Assembly (NCBI GenBank): GCA_965285935.1
Contig: OZ260663.1
Coordinates: 20,956,001 to 21,020,000, forward strand
Source: Ophelia neglecta
Taxonomy: Eukaryota
Direction: 5' to 3'
DNA: 64,000 nucleotides
Below, one piece after another: positions 56,242-64,000 of the stretch. The notes under the pieces were generated by a model that did no database searches, was not told where the DNA came from, and saw only the letters and a list, made by a program, of their open reading frames with translations. The number at the start of each line of letters is the position of its first letter. The stretch's first letter is position 1. Position numbers and translations under genes: made by a program.

Positions 56242-57749
56242 CTGAATTGGAAAATCTAACCATCCAGGGCTTTCGATTGAGCTATGTATTCAAAGAATTA
56301 AATATTAGTTTGTAACCGGTGTCACGTTTATTGTGACAGTGTCAGCATCCCTTATATAATCCCGCAGCTCAAAACACGTGTAGATCATGCGCCATGCCTA
56401 CTGAAGTTTTCTGCGGGGGTTGTTAAGCATGTGCTAATTCGTCCAATGAGCGTAGAAATTAATCAGTTATGGGAGCTCATCCCTTAAAACTTGATTTAAG
56501 GCCATTTTTATTATGTCTGTAATAAGCCTATATTCATATGCCTGTCTTCAATATGATGGAGTCGATACGCACAAGGACAATCTCGCATTTGACGTAAGTT
56601 ACTAATGGGCTGTTTTTATAGCACTACATCTGCACAACATCACGTATTGCCGCTTGTTCTGTCCCAAATATGCTCAATGGTATATAAAAGGAAGCCATAA
56701 GCACTAATGTCATTACGCATGCTTCTCTGCCAGTATCATCAGGTGCTTATCTATAAGAAAGCCGCTCTGATCATTTTAAGATGTCTAGGCATGTTTCCTC
56801 TACTTTTCTTGGTTAATTTTCCTTCGATAATTTATCTGTCCTTTCTGCGCAGACGACAGACAGGGATAAGATGAGATTATCCTCGCTAAAACCATTAATC
56901 TCACACAGAATGAGCAGATGCTCTGACAATACCAATATCAGCTGAAACCTGAAGATATTGCTTGAGTTTCAACTTCGTCTTGAAAACTCCATTGTGCGTT
57001 GCTGCGAAGGAGCTGAAAATAAGGGAATTAACTTGTCATCCTTGAAAGATGCAGTATGCAATATAGACAGGAAAATGTGTTTTGTTAGCAAATGTATTCG
57101 CAGCTATGATGTGCTTAGTAGCGCTAAACTGTTGCGAAAAGAACTGTTTTAGGATTTCATTTCGTACGCTTACTAATAACTAGCCAACTGGTATTTTGGG
57201 AAAATTTCTTCCCATCCCTCAAGCATCTGGCGGCTAAATTTTAGTATTCGTATCAATTATTACATATATATTTTTGTGTGCAGTTTTTATATATATATTA
57301 TATATATTATATTTATCACATAAATGTAAGTACTAAAAGTTACACATAAACACTGTATTCTTACCAATGTATCATATACTGAAGTATTGTATAATAATAA
57401 AAAAATATTCAAAAATCATATAATTCATGCACCCGTTGTTTAGCATAGGAAAACCTCCATCCAATATGCGTGCGGACGTAGGTGGCGACATGATGCGAGC
57501 AGCCCCGACCTGTGGCGTTGCCGATTCCCAGGATTCATACCTGAGGCGTAGTCACAGCGTCCTGACAGCTGACATATTAAGGACTAAATACCTAGCTGAG
57601 CTGGCACTTAAAGTCCCAACATATCCCGAAACGATATATTGGGATAGACCCTGCTTTGTAAAAAACAATCTTGAATCGAGGTATCATGCTATAATCATCT
57701 TATTTGCAAGGGAGATAATGATTGCTTTGGTTGCATTAACCAGAAAAAA

Positions 57750-57975
57750 GGCTATTGATTTAACGCGAAGGTGCGGAGGCTATGCGGAGGCGGAGGTCAT
57801 GGGTATTTCTGAGTGGCATGAAGCAAATAATCGTCAGCAAGGAAAGGGTTAGGACGGAGGGTCAATTTTAGGGTTAGGGGAAGGGTTAGGGACAGGTTTG
57901 ATAGGTCTAGTGCTCTGTTCTAATTTCTGGATTCACCTCCGCAAGGCTCCGCGCCTCCGCTTTTAATCAAAAGCC
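57750..57975. mobile_element. 226-bp MITE, family A copy 2
   Basis: Same length and orientation as 27920-28145 with only scattered substitutions; flanks agaaaaaa/cgaaaaaa. Confidence 0.92.
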
Positions 57976-60327
57976 CGAAAAAAAATACTTATTTGCAGTT
58001 TTTTTCCCGATTACATTATGGACAAAGTCTGCAATTTTTTTTTTATCTTATACTTTCCGCGTCTTTCTTTCTTAAGTTGCAATTTTTTGTTATAAGTTGA
58101 AACGAACTTCTATGAGACTATAGACATTATGATATTAGCCTGGAATTAATTATGATGGTGCATGTATAATTATACTAATGAGCATCTTTGCATTAATGTT
58201 CGAGTTAAAAAAGCCGACAAGCGCGAAGCCACTCAGTCTTGAATTGCACATATTGGTGGAGCTACGTCTCTGTAATCAACGTGACATGCCTCTATGTCTC
58301 CACTTTCCTTTTTTCCTCATTCAATTGAGCATCATGCAAGACGATATCAAAGCAGTTGCGTCGTACATTTCATAATGGCCCTCACAAGCCGCTTGTCACT
58401 TTTAAATTAGCGAACAGAAAGGTGCAGGAGAGTGTTTCTGGCACGCTCTAATTTGATTACTTCCTCTTCAGAATGAGTTGCATGTTTAATGAAGGTGGGC
58501 CTTGAATGCAATGAATTGGTCGAACGGTAATTTGTCTCAATTTTTCGACCTTTTAGCCGTTAGATGCACTGCTGCTAGGTTATTTCTGAAACGATATACA
58601 GTTTTAAGTGGGTCAAGTCATAGCCCCGCATGTTTGATTTATTGCGTTTCCGCTATTCTCGAAGTGTAGCGGCAATTTTTCACGAAAAAGGCAAATATTG
58701 AACCACATCGCCATTACTAGATATAAGCTTTCAGAGAAAATTTCCCCAGTAATACACTCACAATATGTCTATAACTCTGTAGCACATGTAACGACTGCTA
58801 ACTTGAAAAAGGCAGAGAGTTGATACATTCTGAGAGGTAGGGATGACTATACACTGCCCTAAACGGTAAAATTCAGTAAATTATGTTGCATCAATAGGCT
58901 CCGATAGGGCCTGAGTGAAAAAATAAACGTCTATATTATACCTCCATGTGTGGGTGTAAATACCCCCCCCCCCCCTCTCGGCTCTTTCGAGAGGCATTTT
59001 GTGAATTCCAATCAGCGAAAAAGCTAGCCTTGCCTCGTTTGCTCAGCCTCATCGTAATGTTACTGATTCATTTGCCCAAAACTGCAGCGAACGAGGCTCG
59101 GCAATTTCTAACGTTCTTCAGCTTCTTCAGCTATCGCTAGCTAATGCAATTTTTTCAATGTAGGCAGTGCTTATTATTACAGCTGATAAAATTTGAAAGA
59201 ATTGGGAAATAAAGCACAAAAATCTGTAAAATAAAAAGGTTTCATGCATCAAGAGGTGAGGTCATACGACAACACATTTAAAGATAGCTGATTTGCATAT
59301 TGATCTCATACGGCCACTGAGACGGTATGCAGGGTACTCCCCCCCCCCCAGTACATGTGTATAAAACTGTATTTTTACAAGAAATAAAACTGTTGTCATA
59401 ACATGTTTTATTTTAACAGTACTGTTGAGTGGTTTATTTCCACAAATTAATTATAGAAACACAGCCATATATCATCTAACGCTTATTAAATTTGGTAATT
59501 TTCCATACAATTCTATTCAGTATCCGTGTAAATGCCGTTTTCAGCGGGTGTCTTTTGGCCGGCTTCATTCTGTTTATCATGGATGCATGTACTACAAATA
59601 GAATTATTTAGTAATCATACAGGCTAGATTGATGCCCTGTATTTTATCAAACATATGTGATGTAGGTTTTAAAGTGATCGTTTGGTCCGGCCCGGCCGTG
59701 TTCTGCCGGTGTGCTATGGCCCAGCCCGGCCGCCTTTTGCGGGCACAATGCCCCGGCAGGCGCGCCTTCGGCGGGTTAACCATGGCATGGCCACCCATTA
59801 CACCGTGGCTTTAGTGTGATTTTATCGTGGGTCAGATTGTACATCACTGAACTATAGTGTAATACATTCAAAAGAGAGAAATAATATCTACTACAGGCAT
59901 TTATGAGAGAACTATATAGACGCTGCCATATAGCTTTAGTAAATCCTTAGTTCATTTTTAAAGTGTGCTATAAACAATTGAAGAATTAACTTAAGCAATC
60001 TGTGTAAGACCTGTGAGTCAAATTTAATTTGTTGTCCATTGACAGTGTGTTACATGAAAGCGTTCAATTACAATTCGTGAACATATATGCGTCCAATTCG
60101 TTTGTTATTCTTTTGAAATTATGCAACATTAATCGTTGAAATTACTTTTGTTAACACCGCGTGCAAGTCCTGTTGGTCCTATTGTAGCTGTAATTGACTG
60201 AAAGTCTATATACATGTATTGGTGATTGCTTAAAACCTTGTACACCAAGCGGGTCTACCATTGTCACTCCGTAATGTATATTCCAATTTGATAGAACATG
60301 TATTACAATTCTCCTTGCTGTCTTTGA

Positions 60328-60861
60328 TTATGTCTGAGATAATTTATTTTTAATGTCATGAATCCTTTCTTCTTCAATAAACACGTTGGTGGGGTAAAAA
60401 TCGCCGTAGCTCGCCGGTCCCGCTACCAACCCCGGGAGGACATGTTGGATAATATATTCTACTACGTCCTGAATATTATCAAAGAGATCCCCATTTGAAC
60501 CGAGATAATCCGAAAGAGGGCGCTTAACTCCTCCTTTGATTCTGACAAATACATTATCTGTTTGAGGAAATACGAAATTCAACTTTCCAGAATCGTCATC
60601 TTGAAAATCTTTGAGATCTTCTAAAAAGTCATATTCATCATCAATAGCTACTTCATCAAAAGTCACATTTTCCATTTCCAGCAGAGCAGGATTGTTATGA
60701 GTATTTTTTGACAAGATACCCCCTGATGTATATTTTTGTTCTGCCTTTGGTCCATCTTTATATTCAGTATTTTCGATCACGGCGTCCATGTTTGAACTAT
60801 CAAAACCACAATTCGAATGATTCTTCATGGTTATTTCTCCTCCAGGGTATTCCTTTATCAA
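60328..60861 (-). CDS. Uncharacterised acidic 177-codon ORF; probable terminal exon (cytoplasmic tail of a membrane protein) or 3' part of a pseudogene
   Basis: Long ORF for this AT-rich DNA, with protein-like composition (DEVAIDDEYDFLEDLKDFQDDD, then a globular-looking end NIQDVVEYIIQHVLPGLVAGPASYGDFYP). The same frame continues upstream through hydrophobic segments interrupted by stops. Family not recognised. Confidence 0.55.
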   Translation of the reverse strand: MIKEYPGGEITMKNHSNCGFDSSNMDAVIENTEYKDGPKAEQKYTSGGILSKNTHNNPALLEMENVTFDEVAIDDEYDFLEDLKDFQDDDSGKLNFVFPQTDNVFVRIKGGVKRPLSDYLGSNGDLFDNIQDVVEYIIQHVLPGLVAGPASYGDFYPTNVFIEEERIHDIKNKLSQT

Positions 60862-62707
60862 AATTCACTTGTCACATAAGTTCACAAAACAGGTTGAATG
60901 TAGGCAAATGCAAACAGCTGAGATAACGATAATCATATCAACAGCAAGGATGTCTTGGGAATAAAACCAGCTAGAAGCTACGATAATATTTGAAATTATT
61001 CGATATGTGTTATCCTTAGGCTTCAGAGAACAGCAGAGGGATTCGCCTGCACATACATATTACAAGCGAAACCAAACAACCGCCCACACCAATATCAGTC
61101 CTAAGTGTATCCATAGAATTCGGATCTTTGCCCTGCCATAAGGTCCAAGAACTAGGCTCACAGATTTTGGGATATTTTCCGTTATAATTAGCAGGTTTGT
61201 TTTCAAACAGATTCAACGTTTTTCACACTTTGATATGACATGCCTGATATTTAATGGATTTCGGAAAAATACACATTAAGTATATTTTTCATACACATTT
61301 TGGTTCTAATTGGCGTGAAACCATAGAATTTCTAAAATATTCTTTTCATTTTTACAAAAGTTGCTTTTCATTTATAAATAAATACAAACAAATGTCTGAA
61401 CGTTGCAATGTTACAACTGAAAAATAACAAACACATCTAGCAAAAAATAGAGGCCCATGTGCAAACAATATGTATTTAATATTATAAATAATGTCGTTAA
61501 TCGGCCTAGAATCTCAAATATGAAAACACTAAATCACGCCAGTTGACTCCTTCCAGAGAATGTATTGGATTCTAAAAGATATCTAAAATTCAATTTGCAT
61601 AACAGTGGATATTTTTAGTCATGTGTAGCATTTTCACTGGTGAAAAAAGTAATTTGTCTCAAAAATGAGAAGGAAACATGTAAAATTCTAGGCTTTGATC
61701 CCAAATCGCACAAAGAACTAAATCATGCAAGAAGGTCATTGTAAACCAACATTCCATCAAGCGTAGATATCACTCTAGTCTACTCTCCCAGCGCACAAAA
61801 TGATACCCACACTTGGGGGAGTATTGCTTGATTCAAAGCACAGACGGAAAAAACATACACGGAATAAGTAATAGCTAAAACAGAGCAGAGCAAAGATATG
61901 TGTAAATCAACTAACCTTCCAAACAATCTTTCTGCTCATTCTGATTGATGCGGGCAGTGTTATTTAAATGCGTGCTAACAATACCTTATGTCGGCTGATT
62001 GAATATAGATGCACTGTACAAGTCCAAACAATAGACAGCTGGTGGCTTTAAAAGTTGGATCTTTCCGCCGGCCCCCTAGCCCGGGGGAAGGGGGGGGGGT
62101 GCATTTCTGGTGGTGGCCATACTGCGAGAGTGCGGCAAGGAAGGGTTATTTTGTAAGGCATATGTCCCCGTAAACCAACGGTCACTTTTGATCCAATCTC
62201 CCTATCTAAGGGCCTAAAATTAAAGCGGTTACCTAGCAAAGGGTCTGTTTTTCTGACAAGTCTCTCTTTAATTAATATCAGAGTGTCATTTTCAGTTAAT
62301 ATGTGTAGAAGTCCTATGTGGTCTCTTTAGACAAGGCGGTCCTGAAAATGGGTCGTTTTTAGACATTTCCTACAAAGGAATGCCTATATTAGATGTGTTC
62401 TAGCTTGTCCAAAAAATTATATATGAACTTTGAATATAAAGCTCATACAGCTCATATTCCCCAGGAGTAAATACAAAAATTAAATGTCTCCTATATATAA
62501 ATTACGACCTATTGAATTCTTCGCATGTGCTGAAAAGCTTTAAATGCAAATATATTTTAACTGAGGTTCCTCCGTAAATGAATTATACCGAGAATTGACT
62601 TTATAAATTACTGAAAGCAGGAGGGGAAGAATTGGGCCAAAAAAGTATTTATTTTCACAACTTTTCACTTCGCAGCCGCCGCTCTCTAAATACTATTCGC
62701 CGCCGAT

Positions 62708-62778
62708 GTTGCTGAAAGAGATTGGTAGTGGCAATTGAAAAATTCGCATCATGGCATTACTAATGGATTTTTGTTAAC
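62708..62778 (+). ncRNA. Candidate divergent mir-71-like hairpin
   Basis: TGAAAGAGATTGGTAGTG (62713-62730) matches 16 of the first 18 nt of miR-71 (UGAAAGACAUGGGUAGUG, from memory). ATTGGTAGTG pairs over 10 bp (including G-U) with CATTACTAAT (62755-62764), with further pairing below. Confidence 0.4.
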
Positions 62779-63052
62779 CAATCTTAGCTCCGATCGATCC
62801 CAGGTGTGGGTCTAGTTTTTAATAGGATTTAAATTAGAATGGACGGGGAACAAGATTGTTTTCGAAGGATTTGATCAAGTGCACTTGGCTACTACAAGAA
62901 ATGTTGACATAACATTTTCTTAGGCCGATGATCACATGGAATGGTAGTGCTTTCGTGTTAGTTTTACCATTGTCGTTTTTTCGCTTGGATTTTTTTATTT
63001 TCCATTTGATACCGATTGGTTCATCTACCGGAAAACAACTATTTGGCAACTT

Positions 63053-63136
63053 CAACGTTTATCGGCAACCGGAGGGTTGTCTGCGTGCATATCACAGGTC
63101 GCCCCCGTATTATCACAGCCCGCTTGGGTAAAGTTG
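63053..63136 (+). ncRNA. Candidate mir-2-like hairpin
   Basis: TATCACAGCCCGCTTGG at 63111-63127 has an intact miR-2 seed and lies on the 3' arm of an imperfect stem (gggttgt/acagccc, tttatc/ggtaaa, caac/gttg). It is about 330 nt downstream of the mir-71-like hairpin. The loop is atypically large. Confidence 0.35.
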
Positions 63137-64000
63137 CGGCTTTGTTGGTATATATAGCAAGATTGGGAAGGAAAATTCAATGGTTATATTAATTTCAGTA
63201 GTGGAAATATACACATCAAAGGCCCTAATTAATTAATATAGTTGATCTAAATCCGCCGTCTTTTTAAATAAGACGTTTTTGTGGGAGAGATGATAGCACA
63301 TTTCTAAAAACAAAAGTGAATTGGAAATTTCTTTTGGTGGACTTTGCAATGGGTTTACTCAGTGCTGTAATTAAAATTTAGTACTGAAATAAATAGTAAA
63401 CTGCATTGCACCACCCCTGGCATTTAAACCTAGACACAATACGTAAACTTTGTGCTTAGAGCACACTGAGAGATAATTTGCACAAAACACCACTATTACA
63501 CAAAACACTGGCTATTAATCTGAATCGCGGGTTTATAATTAAGTTGGGTTGGCGGATGTCACATTGCGTATGAGATTGACTACCACTACTCTATCACTGT
63601 AAGTGTGTGTGTGTGTATTGTTGATTGCTTGCATGGGACTAATTTCAGAGGAGACCAATCGCTCTACCAAGGAACTGGCTGGCTGGGGAACTGACTACCA
63701 ACACAGTCCGGCAAAACGCTCTACCAGCATTCACCATGTCAAGTTCAATTATACTGATGAAGACAAATAATAATAGTATCCCAACAACAAATAATAATAG
63801 TGTCCCAACAGCCCGCATGTAACCAGACCTTCTATCAAGCCAATACAATGGAATGTGGAATGTTAAACGAGCCTATTATCGCGCTTTGATAAAGATAATC
63901 AATGCAAATCAGCCACACATAATATTCCGGTGATCCATTGACGAAGGATGAATTTCCGACAAAATTAGATGCGAGATAGGCTTATCACTTCTAAACAAGA

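Noticed and set aside
57427-57852. 141-aa ORF
   Set aside because: Its 3' third is MITE family A sequence; no recognisable domain.
61016-61216. ORF resembling an adhesion-GPCR GPS/TM1 segment
   Set aside because: No C.C.HL.T/S.F motif; the adjacent frame explains the region better.
63645-63848. Hydrophobic 67-aa ORF on the minus strand
   Set aside because: The TM-like stretch comes from a short tandem duplication (TGTTGGGA.ACTATTATTATTTGT twice); no supporting splice pattern.

Overview
This is AT-rich, intron-containing animal genomic DNA. It is probably an invertebrate, and the repeat style suggests a lophotrochozoan (inference). There are no prokaryotic operons and no CRISPR, rRNA or tRNA genes. 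Three protein-coding genes are well supported, all on the + strand. (1) The last coding exon of a BMP/GDF-like TGF-beta ligand (2667-3568), whose mature domain has only six cysteines and lacks the interchain one. (2) An intronless GT31 beta-1,3-galactosyltransferase-family gene (12200-13294). (3) A four-exon, 126-aa NTF2-like DUF4440/SnoaL/YybH gene (18644-20544) that the ORF track misses entirely. An acidic minus-strand ORF (60328-60861) lies in a longer stop-interrupted frame with hydrophobic segments, so it is either a terminal exon or a pseudogene. The rest is intergenic DNA rich in MITEs, SINE/LINE/Penelope relics and degenerate tandem repeats. Several hairpins are candidate microRNA loci: a divergent miR-71-like plus miR-2-like pair in canonical order near 62.7-63.1 kb, an unassigned long stem at 56.2 kb, and a weak let-7-like relic. 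All alignments, translations and folds were done by eye, and reference miRNA and protein motifs are from memory.
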